A stretch of DNA of 64,000 bases from Parcubacteria group bacterium LiPW_15 (GCA_007375645.1 VMER01000001.1:69139-133138); one strand, 5' to 3'; shown: positions 1 to 9,924, counted from the stretch's first letter. Notes: generated from the sequence alone by a model not told the origin. Translations and numbers: made by a program.

Positions 1-2
1 CG

Positions 3-623
3 CTTGTGCTTTGCGAGGTGATGAATGCGCCTAAAAAGCCGCTTGTTGTGATCCTGGGCGGAGGAAAGGCGGGGGATAAGCTCGGGGTATTGAAGTTTCT
101 ACGGAACCGCGCAGACAAGTTTTTGTTGGGCGGAGCGCCGGCGAATACACTTTCGATGCTTGAGGGCGTAAAGGTGGGCAAGTCTTTGGTCGAAGGAGAC
201 AAAAAGAGGCTTAAGGCGCTCAAGGCGATCCTTGCGTATCGAAACTTAATTTTACCGATAGATTTCAGGAGAAGCGGCAACTCGATATTCGATATCGGTC
301 CGCACACGGAAGAAATATTCGCGGGAGAGATCAAAAAAGCAAAAACCTTGATTTGGAACGGACCAGTCGGTTATTTTGAGGAAGCGGCTTTTGCAAAAGG
401 ATCTTTAGCGATAGCTCGAGCGGTCAAAAAAAACAATAAATTATTTTCCATAGTCGGCGGAGGAGAAACCGTGGCTTTTCTTAAAAAATATAAAATGACC
501 GGTGCGTTTAGTTTTATTTCTACCGGGGGAGGTGCTATGCTTGATTTCCTGGCGGGTAAAAAACTTCCCGGCATAGTTGCTTTAGAAAAAAATGGCAAGA
601 CAAATCGAACGCAGAAAAAATAG
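3..623 (+). CDS. pgk: Phosphoglycerate kinase, C-terminal part (gene begins before the window)
   Basis: ILGGGKAGDK, DIGP, WNGPVG, GGGET and ISTGGGA..FL.GK.LPG motifs. Confidence 0.97.
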   Translation, partial: LVLCEVMNAPKKPLVVILGGGKAGDKLGVLKFLRNRADKFLLGGAPANTLSMLEGVKVGKSLVEGDKKRLKALKAILAYRNLILPIDFRRSGNSIFDIGPHTEEIFAGEIKKAKTLIWNGPVGYFEEAAFAKGSLAIARAVKKNNKLFSIVGGGETVAFLKKYKMTGAFSFISTGGGAMLDFLAGKKLPGIVALEKNGKTNRTQKK

Positions 624-1467
624 GCATCTTCCGACAAAACGGACCGCTGTGTTTTATCACGGCAGTTGCAATGATGGCTTCGGCGGAGCTTGGGCGGCTT
701 GGAAAAAATTCGGCAACAAAGCCGACTACGTTGCTATGTATCGCGGTACTCCGGTGCCGGACATAAAAAACAAAGAAGTATATTTTATCGACTACACTTT
801 GCCGAGAAAGGAGACTGAGCGATTTATTGCGCGAAACAGACGCGTCACCTGCATCGACCACCATATTACCGCAAAAGAGACGGTGATGATAACCGAGGCG
901 CCCAGTTTTTCATTGGACCATTCCGGAGCGGTGCTGGCCTGGAATTATTTCCATCCGCGGGAAAGGGTCCCCTTACTTTTAAAATACATCGAAGATCGCG
1001 ATCTTTGGAGATGGAAAATGCCGAAAGCCAAAGCGATACTTTCAGGAACTAATTTTTCAAACGAAGCAGTTTGGACCTTTAAAGGTTTCAGCAAGCTTGT
1101 GGCTGATTTTGAGAAACCGGCCTATCGCGCTCAGTGCATAAAAGACGGCGAGATAGCCAAGAGCGTAAGCGACGGGTTTATCGAAAAGATCGCAAGCCAG
1201 GCGGTGGGCGTGAAGCTCGCGGGGATAAAAGCGCTCGCGGTAAATGCGCCGGAATTTTTCTCAAGCGGAGTCGGAAACTATCTGGTTGAAAAAACTGGAA
1301 TCCCCTTCGTAATTATTTGGCAGGTTGATGGCAAGATGATCAGGGTCTCTCTGCGTTCCGGCGGCAAGGCTAACGTCGCGAAAATCGCGGAAAAATTCGG
1401 CGGGGGAGGGCATGAACGATCTGCCGGATTTAGGATAAAGAATTTTAAAAAAATCCCCTGGAAATGA
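592..1467 (+). CDS. DHH/DHHA1 family phosphoesterase
   Basis: YH..CNDG, IDHH, DRDLW, SLRS and GGGH motifs. Confidence 0.9.
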   Translation: MARQIERRKNRHLPTKRTAVFYHGSCNDGFGGAWAAWKKFGNKADYVAMYRGTPVPDIKNKEVYFIDYTLPRKETERFIARNRRVTCIDHHITAKETVMITEAPSFSLDHSGAVLAWNYFHPRERVPLLLKYIEDRDLWRWKMPKAKAILSGTNFSNEAVWTFKGFSKLVADFEKPAYRAQCIKDGEIAKSVSDGFIEKIASQAVGVKLAGIKALAVNAPEFFSSGVGNYLVEKTGIPFVIIWQVDGKMIRVSLRSGGKANVAKIAEKFGGGGHERSAGFRIKNFKKIPWK

Positions 1468-2084
1468 AAAAACTTAAATTTTACGCATATCTTGTTCCCT
1501 CTAAGGAAAAGCAGGGGATAACCGATAGTTGGCCAGAGTGCGAGCGGCATGTGAAAGGAGTGAATGGGGCGAGATACCGCTCCTTTAATTCCCGGGAAGC
1601 GGCTTCCGAATGGTTGCATTCCGGAGCGGAATATGAAAAAAAGCCAGCGCGTGTCAAAGCCAAACTCTCTCCCGGCGTATATTTTGATGCCGGCACCGGA
1701 AGAGGCGAGGGCGTGGAAATAAGCGTAACAGACGAGAAAGGCGTTAATTTGCTGCCCAAGGTTTTGCCGAGAGCAAAACTTAACCGCTTCGGCAAACATT
1801 TGGTGGCGCATGCCGATGCCACAAACAATTACGGCGAACTTTTGGCGTTGAAGTACGCCCTCCGTTACGCGATAAAAGAGGAAGAAAAAAGTATTTTCGG
1901 CGACAGCAAGTTGGTAATAGACCATTGGTCAAAATATCAGATAAAGAGGAAAGAGGTCGCCCCCAAAACAGTTAAGCTCGCGGAGGAGGTGAGCTCTATG
2001 AGAGAAGAGTTCGAGGCGGATGGAGGAGTAATATCGCGCGTGTCCGGCGCGGACAATCCCGCAGATCTAGGGTTTCATAGGTAA
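1464..2084 (+). CDS. rnhA: Ribonuclease HI with N-terminal hybrid-binding (viroplasmin-like) domain
   Basis: N-terminal KFYAY...W.EC...VKG...Y.SF; catalytic FDAG, TNNYGEL, GDSKLV, NPAD. Confidence 0.88.
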   Translation: MKKLKFYAYLVPSKEKQGITDSWPECERHVKGVNGARYRSFNSREAASEWLHSGAEYEKKPARVKAKLSPGVYFDAGTGRGEGVEISVTDEKGVNLLPKVLPRAKLNRFGKHLVAHADATNNYGELLALKYALRYAIKEEEKSIFGDSKLVIDHWSKYQIKRKEVAPKTVKLAEEVSSMREEFEADGGVISRVSGADNPADLGFHR

Positions 2085-2094
2085 CGAAAAGCCC

Positions 2095-2118
2095 CGCCTG
2101 CCTGCCGGCAGGCAGGCG
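2095..2118. repeat. Perfect 24-bp palindrome CGCCTGCCTGCCGGCAGGCAGGCG (REP-like); second copy at 50212-50231
   Basis: Read directly; the 50212-50231 copy has one mismatch. Confidence 0.9.
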
Positions 2119-2202
2119 GTTTCGCGGCCACCCTTATCTATTTGGAATAATTTTTGAAAATGAAAAACCCGGCATTTTAAGCCGGGCCGTTCATATTTTG
2201 TT

Positions 2203-2564
2203 GTTGGCAATCCGTAAGCCGGATTCTGTCGGGGACGATCATTTCTCTGGGCCATAGATTGCTCTATAGCTCAAGCGGGCACAAATCCGCCAGCTGGCGG
2301 AAGTACGACCCTTGCACCCAGTAAGGATTTTGCCGTTTCACCTCTTTGGTTTCCCAAAAAGCTCGCCAAGCACAAAATAAATTCTATGCTCGGCGCCTTG
2401 ACCCTTTCGAGTTTCGGCGTCTCTGCTCGCACCTCTATCCTTGCGGACGACGGCCGTTAGCCGCTACTTTTTTACCTAGCACACAAAGTGCTGCGGTGGT
2501 GTCCGGACTTTCCTCCCCCTAAGTTGTCTTGCGACGACCGGGAGCGATCGCCTGTATTACCAAC
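2203..2564 (-). ncRNA. rnpB: RNase P RNA
   Basis: Minus strand has GAGGAAAGUCCGGAC near the 5' end and ACAGAAUCCGGCUUA near the 3' end; ends pair as P1 (GUUGGUAAU/AUUGCCAAC). Confidence 0.96.
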
Positions 2565-2623
2565 TTTAGTATTATACAATAAACCAATAAAAAAGCAAAC
2601 CCCCGCCGAAGCGGGGGATATTG

Positions 2624-3091
2624 CTACTTTTCTGCCAGCTGGGCAGAGATTCTCGGAGGCAGACCGAGGTTTCTTACGGAAACCGAGGTATACCAGTTAC
2701 GCCAGTTAGAGTAATCGTCTTCGATCATCTTTCGGGCGAGGACTTTCTGAAAGTCGCAGTCATAGATCATGTTTTCAAGTTCCGCGTCCTCCGTGTTTTC
2801 CAAAAGATCATACTTTCGGATGTAGGAGCGGAAGGTGGCCATTTGGAATTGGAGACAACCATACGAGTATTGATTGTTGTGGTCCAGGATCTTTATGTGT
2901 TCCCGGCCCTCAGATTCCTTGTGGGCCAGCTTCTGGAGCCAAGAGTCCATGGCGTCGGGGGCGTTTTGGGCGCTTACCTGAGCCGAGGATCGGTCGGACA
3001 CCGCAGACGAAAGCATGGCTACGGGGCTTGTATTGGCAACGGACGCCATGATGGCGCCGGCAGCCAAATTCTTGATTAGCAGTATATTCAT
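2624..3091 (-). CDS. Secreted lysozyme-like transglycosylase (Rpf/SLT-like)
   Basis: Signal-like N-terminus; W...LA.KES.G...YGCLQF...TF...Q..LA...W..W pattern; start chosen at MNILL. Confidence 0.7.
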   Translation of the reverse strand: MNILLIKNLAAGAIMASVANTSPVAMLSSAVSDRSSAQVSAQNAPDAMDSWLQKLAHKESEGREHIKILDHNNQYSYGCLQFQMATFRSYIRKYDLLENTEDAELENMIYDCDFQKVLARKMIEDDYSNWRNWYTSVSVRNLGLPPRISAQLAEK

Positions 3092-3308
3092 GGATTTGCT
3101 TTGCTGAATGGCAGTTAATGGCGAATTGCTCCCAAAGTCCAAAGAAACAAAAAACTCGTCATACAACGAGTCTTGCCCACTTAACCTGTTATTCAGTTTT
3201 GCTGGGTTAGTTTAGCATGGTGCCGGAAAAAAGTCAAGGTTTCCGGTGCCAAAAACACTGAAAAACCCTTATTTTACAAGGGTTTATAGACCTACTGAAA
3301 CTCGGGTT

Positions 3309-3783
3309 TTAGGACGCTTTTTGATGTTTTGAGGACTCCGGACGAACCCTCTCGGTAACGTCTAATTTTCGTAAAATGTAGAGCGAACCGGACATAATTA
3401 CCGCCGCGACAACCGCAAATTTTATGAGATTTAGGCCCACCAGCGTGCCTATCGCCGCCGCGGCCCAGATCAGGGCGGCGGTAGTAAGTCCTCGGACATG
3501 CTCACCGTTCTTAATGATGATGCCGGCGCCCAGGAATCCGATACCCACGACAATGTTGGATATTACTCTGTCGGGTAGGGTATTTTTTAACTCCTCCACC
3601 GGAAGTTGGGACATAAAAGGAATCATGATGGAAATCATCGTGAAAATTGCCGCTCCGCCGGCCACCATCATGGCGGTACGGATTCCGGCTTCCTTGCCGA
3701 TCACCTCGCGCTCCAAGCCCATAAGAGCTCCAAGCGCCATGGCTATCACCAGCCTCAAAATCAGTTGAGAAAATGTCAGCATG
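3309..3783 (-). CDS. MgtC/SapB family membrane protein
   Basis: GLERE...AGIRT, GIGFLGAG, GLTTAA.IW motifs. Confidence 0.92.
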
Positions 3784-3815
3784 TGTTTATACTCATATAG
3801 TATCACATTTTATCA

Positions 3816-5219
3816 ATGAGAACACCGATATCCGAAGTAAAAAACAGCGAAGGAAAGGAACTGGAATTTTCCGGTTGGGTCCATGCCCGACGCGACCACG
3901 GAAAAATTATTTTTATTGACCTAAGAGACCGTTCCGGCCTGGTCCAGGTGGTTTTCACGCCTTCGATTCCCGAAGCTAAAGACTTGCGGTTGGAATATGC
4001 GATTAAAATTACCGGTCTTGTGAAAGCTCGTCCGGCGAGCATGGTTTCCGCCGAGCAGCCTAACGGCGCCTTTGAATTGGAAGCTAAGACTCTGGAAATC
4101 CTGAACGCATCCCTAGCCACCCCAATTTCCGTAGACACCGACGGCATGGAAATAGACGAGGAGGTTCGGATGAAGTACAGATATTTGGATCTTCGCCGAG
4201 AGCGCCTCAAAAATAATCTTTTGGCTCGGAACAAAGTCATTAAATTTGTTCGCGACTTTTTAATCGATAAAAATGAATTTGTGGAGGTGGAAACCCCGAT
4301 ACTTACCAAATCCACTCCGGAAGGAGCGCGGGACTATTTGGTGCCTTCAAGGATCTATCCAGGCAAGTTCTACGCGCTTCCGCAATCTCCCCAGCAGTAT
4401 AAACAACTGTTGATGGTCGCCGGTTTGGAAAAGTATTTTCAGATAGCCAGGTGCTTCAGGGATGAAGACACCCGCGGAGACCGCCAGCCGGAATTTACTC
4501 AATTGGACCTCGAAATGAGTTTCGTAGAGCGGGAAGATGTTATCGCTTTGAACGAAGCGCTGCTTATCGAACTTATAGAAAAACTTTATCCGGAAAAGAA
4601 AATCCAAGAGAAGCCTTTCCCGCGGCTCACCTACAAAGAAGCGACGGAGAAATACGGCATCGATCGGCCGGATTTAAGGACCGACAAAAATGATCCGAAC
4701 TTACTCGCTTTTTGCTGGATAATAGATTTTCCTTTCTTCGAAAAGGTGGATGCTGCGCACTCCGAAGCTTCAGTGAAGGAGTGGACCTTCACACACAATC
4801 CTTTTTCCGCGCCTAAGCCGGAATTTATGGAAGACCTTTTAGCGGAGAAAAATATCGGCGATATTTTAACTACGCAATACGACGTAGTGTTAAATGGCCT
4901 GGAGATCGGCGGCGGAAGCATCAGGAACCATAAGCCCGAGGCACTTAAAGCCGTATTTAAAATAATGGGTTTTGAAGACGCGAGGATCGAATCGAATTTT
5001 GGCCACATGCTTCAAGCGCTTTCTTTCGGCGCTCCGCCGCACGGAGGCATCGCCTGGGGTTTGGACAGGCTTGTTTCGCTTTTACAGAATGAGCCGAATA
5101 TCCGCGAGGTTATCGCTTTTCCGAAGACGGGAGACGGTCGCGATCCGATGATGGACTCACCGTCGACGGTGGATGAGAAGCAGCTAAAAGAGCTCGGTAT
5201 AAAGATAGAAAAGAAATAA
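3816..5219 (+). CDS. aspS: Aspartate-tRNA ligase, short form without the GAD insert, probably non-discriminating
   Basis: RRDHG, PEGARDY, QSPQ, FRDED.R.DRQPEFTQLD, GGGSIR, PPHGGIAWGLDR; 467 aa. Confidence 0.97.
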   Translation: MRTPISEVKNSEGKELEFSGWVHARRDHGKIIFIDLRDRSGLVQVVFTPSIPEAKDLRLEYAIKITGLVKARPASMVSAEQPNGAFELEAKTLEILNASLATPISVDTDGMEIDEEVRMKYRYLDLRRERLKNNLLARNKVIKFVRDFLIDKNEFVEVETPILTKSTPEGARDYLVPSRIYPGKFYALPQSPQQYKQLLMVAGLEKYFQIARCFRDEDTRGDRQPEFTQLDLEMSFVEREDVIALNEALLIELIEKLYPEKKIQEKPFPRLTYKEATEKYGIDRPDLRTDKNDPNLLAFCWIIDFPFFEKVDAAHSEASVKEWTFTHNPFSAPKPEFMEDLLAEKNIGDILTTQYDVVLNGLEIGGGSIRNHKPEALKAVFKIMGFEDARIESNFGHMLQALSFGAPPHGGIAWGLDRLVSLLQNEPNIREVIAFPKTGDGRDPMMDSPSTVDEKQLKELGIKIEKK

Positions 5220-5224
5220 GCGCC

Positions 5225-5692
5225 ATGGCAGCGAAAAAACAGTTAACCCTCTGTCTCGTCCATCAGCACCCTAAGATACTTTTGGGGATGAAAAAACGCG
5301 GTTTTGGAGCGGGGCGATATAACGGTTTTGGCGGAAAAGTTGAGGAGGGAGAAACCGTGGACGAAGCCGCGAAGCGAGAACTGAAAGAAGAATCAGGTAT
5401 CTCAGTCGATAATTTAGAGAGGGCCGGGATCTTAGATTTTTCCTGGGAGGGTAAAGATGGAATATTAGAGGTCCACATTTTTAAGGCCACAGAATTTAAG
5501 GGTGTCCCCGAAGAAAGCGAGGAAATGGCTCCAGAGTGGTTCGATGTTTCCGATATCCCGTTTGGAACCATGTGGCCGGACGATAAATACTGGATGCCGT
5601 TGTTTCTTGCGGGAAAAAAGTTTTCCGGTAATTTCCATTTCGGCGAAGGAGACGCGATAATCGAATATAATCTAAACGAAATAAATAATTAA
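5225..5692 (+). CDS. NUDIX hydrolase, MutT/MTH1-like 8-oxo-dGTPase
   Basis: Nudix box GGKVEEGET..EAAKRELKEESG; KKRGFG and MWPDD.YW. Confidence 0.9.
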   Translation: MAAKKQLTLCLVHQHPKILLGMKKRGFGAGRYNGFGGKVEEGETVDEAAKRELKEESGISVDNLERAGILDFSWEGKDGILEVHIFKATEFKGVPEESEEMAPEWFDVSDIPFGTMWPDDKYWMPLFLAGKKFSGNFHFGEGDAIIEYNLNEINN

Positions 5693-5809
5693 AATTCACC
5701 CTCCACACTTTTTAGATAGGCACTATGTTTTTGGTGGAAATTAAGATAAAGTTATTCAGAAGAAATTTATAAACTATCGTCGATTAATTAAAAAGTTAGG
5801 AGGGTAAAA

Positions 5810-6289
5810 ATGACACACAATAAAGCGGAAAGGACAGTGGTCTTGATAAAACCGGATGCGCTCCAGAGAGCGCTTGTGGGCGAAATTATAAAACGCTTCG
5901 AACAGAAGGGGCTCAAGATCGTTGCCCTGAAGCTCATGGAGCTTGGCGACGCAATTCTCAGCGAACATTACAGCCACCACAAAGAAAAGCCGTTTTTCCC
6001 GAAACTTAAATCATTTATGATGCAGGCTCCGATCGTGGCTATGGTCCTTGAGGGAATTGAGGCTATATCCGTAGTCAGAATGATCGCCGGAAAAACCCAG
6101 GGAAGAGAGGCGGATATGGGAACCATCCGCGGAGATCTTTCCATGTCCACCCAGGCGAACATTGTCCACTCCTCTGATTCAAAAGAAACCGCCGAGGCGG
6201 AAATAAAAAGATTTTTCAAAGAAAATGAGATAATCGATTACGTCCACGGGAACTTTAATTTCGTCTACGCGGAGGAGGAAAGGGAATAG
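5810..6289 (+). CDS. ndk: Nucleoside diphosphate kinase
   Basis: ERT..LIKPDA, GTIRGD, NIVHSSDS. Confidence 0.97.
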   Translation: MTHNKAERTVVLIKPDALQRALVGEIIKRFEQKGLKIVALKLMELGDAILSEHYSHHKEKPFFPKLKSFMMQAPIVAMVLEGIEAISVVRMIAGKTQGREADMGTIRGDLSMSTQANIVHSSDSKETAEAEIKRFFKENEIIDYVHGNFNFVYAEEERE

Positions 6290-6359
6290 GCCTTGTCTGC
6301 GGGAATTTTTTTGTATATAATTTTCGCCGATCATCACAACTCAAAGGAAGGAGGGCAAA

Positions 6360-6641
6360 ATGCCTTTTGTTGCGCAGGAAAAACTTCCCTCTGGCGAAGA
6401 GCTCATCGCGAGAGCGGTGAGCGATCTCGACGATTGTAATGTTCGCGCGGAGGGGCAGTATTCCGTGATCCTGACCCTGAAGGACGGATCCAAATTCCGT
6501 CTCCTTCCCACAAACGACAACTGGGTGCGCCTGGGCAGGGAAAGGGTTTCCCATTTCGTGGAGCGCTCGAACACTCAATACACCTTTTTTGACATGGTTT
6601 TCTTTCCCTCCAACGAGAGAGCCTCCTTCCACCTTCATTAA
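6360..6641 (+). CDS. Orphan small protein (SD-led)
   Basis: TTGTCT-17-TATAAT promoter, AAGGAAGGAGGG before ATG, hairpin terminator at about 6661-6692. Confidence 0.7.
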   Translation: MPFVAQEKLPSGEELIARAVSDLDDCNVRAEGQYSVILTLKDGSKFRLLPTNDNWVRLGRERVSHFVERSNTQYTFFDMVFFPSNERASFHLH

Positions 6642-6698
6642 GAGAGGCAGATGATCCAAGCCCCCATTCCCGCAAGGAACGGGGGATTTTTCTATAAA

Positions 6699-7427
6699 TT
6701 ATTTCTGTTCCGCTTTGGAGAAAGCTTTCACTATCGCGTCCATATCTCCTTCTAGTATTTTCTCAATATTGTGCCATTTCTTTCCGATGCGGTGATCCGT
6801 GATGCGGTCATCCGGGAAGTTATAAGTGCGGATCTTTTCGGAACGGTCTCCGGAACCCACGAGTTCGTGTCTCGAGGCGCCGGCCGCGGCCATTTCTTTT
6901 TGCATTTGTTCGTCCCGCAGTTTGGTGGCTAGAAGGTTTAAGGCTTTTTCGCGGTTCGCGCTCTGCGAACGTTCGGCGCGGGAGAAAACCACAATGCCGC
7001 TAGGTTTATGGAGCATCCGGACTGCAGTTTCAACTTTGTTGACGTTTTGCCCTCCTGGGCCTCCGGCGCGTTGAAAAGTCACCTCCAAGTCTCCCTGGTT
7101 GATATGCACCTCCTTGGCTTCTACTTCTTTTAAAACGATAACCGAGGCGGTAGAGGTGTGAACGCGTCCGCTCTTTTCCGTTTTCGGCACTCTCTGTACC
7201 CGATGCACTCCGGATTCCTGTTTTAATGCGTCATATGCTCCGGCACCGGCAATTTCCGCGACGAAGGATTTATATCCATAGAGCGAGGTTTCGTTGGAGT
7301 CCATTATGTTGAAGGCCCAACCGCGTTTTGCGGCATAGCGCTGATACATTCTGGCGAGATCACCCGCAAAAAGAGAGGCCTCATCGCCTCCGGCTCCAGC
7401 GCGAATTTCTAATATAACCTTATCCAT
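6699..7427 (-). CDS. prfA: Peptide chain release factor 1 lacking the N-terminal domain
   Basis: [24 protein letters not shown] (PxT), [14 protein letters not shown]; only 242 aa. Confidence 0.93.
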   Translation of the reverse strand: MDKVILEIRAGAGGDEASLFAGDLARMYQRYAAKRGWAFNIMDSNETSLYGYKSFVAEIAGAGAYDALKQESGVHRVQRVPKTEKSGRVHTSTASVIVLKEVEAKEVHINQGDLEVTFQRAGGPGGQNVNKVETAVRMLHKPSGIVVFSRAERSQSANREKALNLLATKLRDEQMQKEMAAAGASRHELVGSGDRSEKIRTYNFPDDRITDHRIGKKWHNIEKILEGDMDAIVKAFSKAEQK

Positions 7428-7470
7428 AGTGAGTTAATTTTAGTCGAAATATATTTTCTGGGCAAACAAA

Positions 7471-7500
7471 AACCCGGACAGTCCATGGACTGTCCGGGTT
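7471..7500. terminator. Perfect 30-bp palindrome downstream of rpmE; near-identical copy at 14216-14241 downstream of rplS
   Basis: AACCCGGACAGTCCATGGACTGTCCGGGTT with an adjacent A-tract (U-tract on the minus strand). Confidence 0.8.
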
Positions 7501-7508
7501 AGCAACTG

Positions 7509-7757
7509 CTACTTTGCTTTCTTTACGCGAACCTTCTTTGCTTTCGGTTCAGCTGCTTTGGAGCGGCGGGTCTTAAAGCGTTCCAGGCGGCCGGCAACGT
7601 CAAGCATTTTTTCTTCGCCAGTGAAGAATGGGTGACATTTGGAGCAGATTTCCACTTTTATCTCATTCTTGGTGGCGCCGACCGTGAAGGAATTGCCGCA
7701 GGCGCAGAGTACCTTAGCTTTGGGGAAGTATTCGGGATGAATTTCTTTTTTAGCCAT
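7509..7757 (-). CDS. rpmE: 50S ribosomal protein L31 (Zn-binding type)
   Basis: [25 protein letters not shown]. Confidence 0.96.
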   Translation of the reverse strand: MAKKEIHPEYFPKAKVLCACGNSFTVGATKNEIKVEICSKCHPFFTGEEKMLDVAGRLERFKTRRSKAAEPKAKKVRVKKAK

Positions 7758-7842
7758 AGTGGAATCAATTATACATAATTTACTTGACCTGGCAAGACTT
7801 TGGGGCATATATTATGAGCGGTTCCCCGAGTGAGGAGGTTCT

Positions 7843-8037
7843 ATGGCCGATTTTCTACTGGTCGATCTGGATCGCGGTGTGGTGGTCGACTTACTTCTGC
7901 CTGCCAACGACATCGAAGCCGCAAAGAGAATGGCTCGGGAAAAGTACGGCGTGCTTCCCAGCCATTTCCATCTCGCCCAACTCGTCCCCGACGACAGCCC
8001 CTCTTCGTTCGACTTCACGAGCGCCAGTCAGTCCTGA
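7843..8037 (+). CDS. Orphan small protein (SD-led)
   Basis: GAGGAGG before ATG; TTGACC upstream; hairpin at about 8056-8084. Confidence 0.65.
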   Translation: MADFLLVDLDRGVVVDLLLPANDIEAAKRMAREKYGVLPSHFHLAQLVPDDSPSSFDFTSASQS

Positions 8038-8082
8038 TTAAGCGTTCGCTCTTCTCCCCGGCCCCCAAAGGCCGGGTGATTT

Positions 8083-9924
8083 TTATAAAAGCTGCTTTCC
8101 GGCGAATAATTCTTTTGCCGCATTCCAAAACTCAGGGTGATCCTGTTTTTTTAACCAATACCACCACTCTGCGCCCCAGGTGTAAAAGGTGGAGAAACCG
8201 GTTTGGCGGGCGTAAGCGATATTATTTTTGAAATCATCCAGGCTGAAGAAGCTAAGCTGGGTCGGAATATCCACTTCATATATTTGCCTTACCATCCATG
8301 GTTCAAGCCCGAGTTCGCTTATCACAAATTCTTGGTTCGGTTTGCCGACAAGCGCACGGGTTATGTCGCGGCGCAGGGGATACAATTCCGGAGTAATTGG
8401 CCAGGTAATATAGCCGAACAATTTTGTATGAACTTTGCGGTAGAGTGTAGGGCCAAAAATATCCGCGCGTTTTGCGGTGCGATACCAGTCGCCGAATTCT
8501 CCTCCGTCGGTCATATATATTTTCCGTGTCGGATCCAACTCTCGCACCGTGGCTATCTCTTTCTCGATAAGCGCCGCGTTGGAGCCGGGACATTCGCCGA
8601 ACATCAGGAACGGTTCGTTTTCCACCTGCCAGTAAAGAATATTTTTATCTCCGCGATAGCGCTCTACGACTTCTTTTAGATAGGTAATGAGCTCATCATT
8701 CTTTTGCGCGCTTCCGGGATCTATCCAGGACGGGAAATGACATTCCGGCCAGCGAGGAACTTTTTGACCGACCACCAAGACAACGGGCACGCCTGCTTTG
8801 CGGGCTTCATTCATCTGCCAATCCAAATCTTCGAAATCATACTGGTCTTTTTTCGGCTCTATCTCGTCCCAGTAAGCTATCAGGCGTACGGTTTTTGGTT
8901 TTAAGTCGGTCAATATCGCCGTCAGGTTTTCCTGCCAACTTGAGCCGAAGCTTTTGCTCATTTGTTTTGAGAAGGTCACACCCCAGGTTATTTCTTCGGG
9001 ATCGGGAATCGGCTTAGATTCGTAGCTCTTTTGAAGGCCTAGTCCCAAAAGTCCCAAGAGGATCAAAATTGTGGCGATAATTTTGCCGGCAAGAATCCAA
9101 CCGCGGAATTTTTCATTGAGCCATGCCGGTTTAATTTTCGATATGGCAAATGCAATCAGGAATATAAGGACAAAGCGCACTCCGCTTAAGGATTCTACGA
9201 GCGCCGGCTGAGCTTCCAGGGCAATTCCGTAAAAGATCAGGAATGAGCTGGCGCCGGAAAGGGCGCGGTTCAGGAAATAAGAGATGCGATATTTATGGCT
9301 GGTGTCGGCGGAAGAGCTGAATATTCTTCTGCGCAAAGAGGGGATTGCAAGCAGGCAGAGGGCAATAACACCCGTGAAGAACTTCATAGAAACAAAGACA
9401 GTCACAAAGTTCGCGGTGTTGAAGGCCAGCTTTTGAGAGACGTCGGCTAAGCCGATAAAAAGAGAAGCTAAAATAACCCACAGAAATATTTTTTTGAAAT
9501 CTATCTTTTCGGTAAAGAAAAGAAGAAGCCCGCCGGCTACGAGCAGGGCGAAGGCGATCCCTTCGGCGACGTTGAGAGACGAAAAAGAGAAAAAGCCGGA
9601 AATCAAATACGTAGCGATCGGGGCGAAGCCACCAATAATAGCTAAAGTGCTCGAAACCCCTCCTTTCGCAAGCGCCGCGTAATAAGTCGCGAGAGAAACA
9701 AGGAATAGCGCGCCGGCGAGCAACGACAATAAAATCGTCGTCGTAGACGGAACGGCAAACCCGAATGGCGCGAAGAGGAGCCCCACGAAGTTCAAAAGGC
9801 CTATCCAGAAAATGTAGCTTAAGACTTGATCTTTTTTTGGCTTTTGGTCCAAAAGTATCTTGTCTATAACGAGGGATAGTCCCAAGAAGAGCTGGCCTAA
9901 AAGCGCCCAAAATATTCCACTCAT
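8083..9924 (-). CDS. EamA/DMT-like transporter fused to a clan GH-A glycoside hydrolase domain
   Basis: About 10 TM segments in the first ~300 aa, then W..IEP....YDF..LD, WQVENEP (acid/base) and ISELGLEPW (nucleophile). Confidence 0.8.
   Translation of the reverse strand: MSGIFWALLGQLFLGLSLVIDKILLDQKPKKDQVLSYIFWIGLLNFVGLLFAPFGFAVPSTTTILLSLLAGALFLVSLATYYAALAKGGVSSTLAIIGGFAPIATYLISGFFSFSSLNVAEGIAFALLVAGGLLLFFTEKIDFKKIFLWVILASLFIGLADVSQKLAFNTANFVTVFVSMKFFTGVIALCLLAIPSLRRRIFSSSADTSHKYRISYFLNRALSGASSFLIFYGIALEAQPALVESLSGVRFVLIFLIAFAISKIKPAWLNEKFRGWILAGKIIATILILLGLLGLGLQKSYESKPIPDPEEITWGVTFSKQMSKSFGSSWQENLTAILTDLKPKTVRLIAYWDEIEPKKDQYDFEDLDWQMNEARKAGVPVVLVVGQKVPRWPECHFPSWIDPGSAQKNDELITYLKEVVERYRGDKNILYWQVENEPFLMFGECPGSNAALIEKEIATVRELDPTRKIYMTDGGEFGDWYRTAKRADIFGPTLYRKVHTKLFGYITWPITPELYPLRRDITRALVGKPNQEFVISELGLEPWMVRQIYEVDIPTQLSFFSLDDFKNNIAYARQTGFSTFYTWGAEWWYWLKKQDHPEFWNAAKELFAGKQLL

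Noticed and set aside
7428-7508. Frameshifted or split N-terminus of prfA
   Set aside because: Only about 80 bp separate it from rpmE, occupied by a terminator and promoter.
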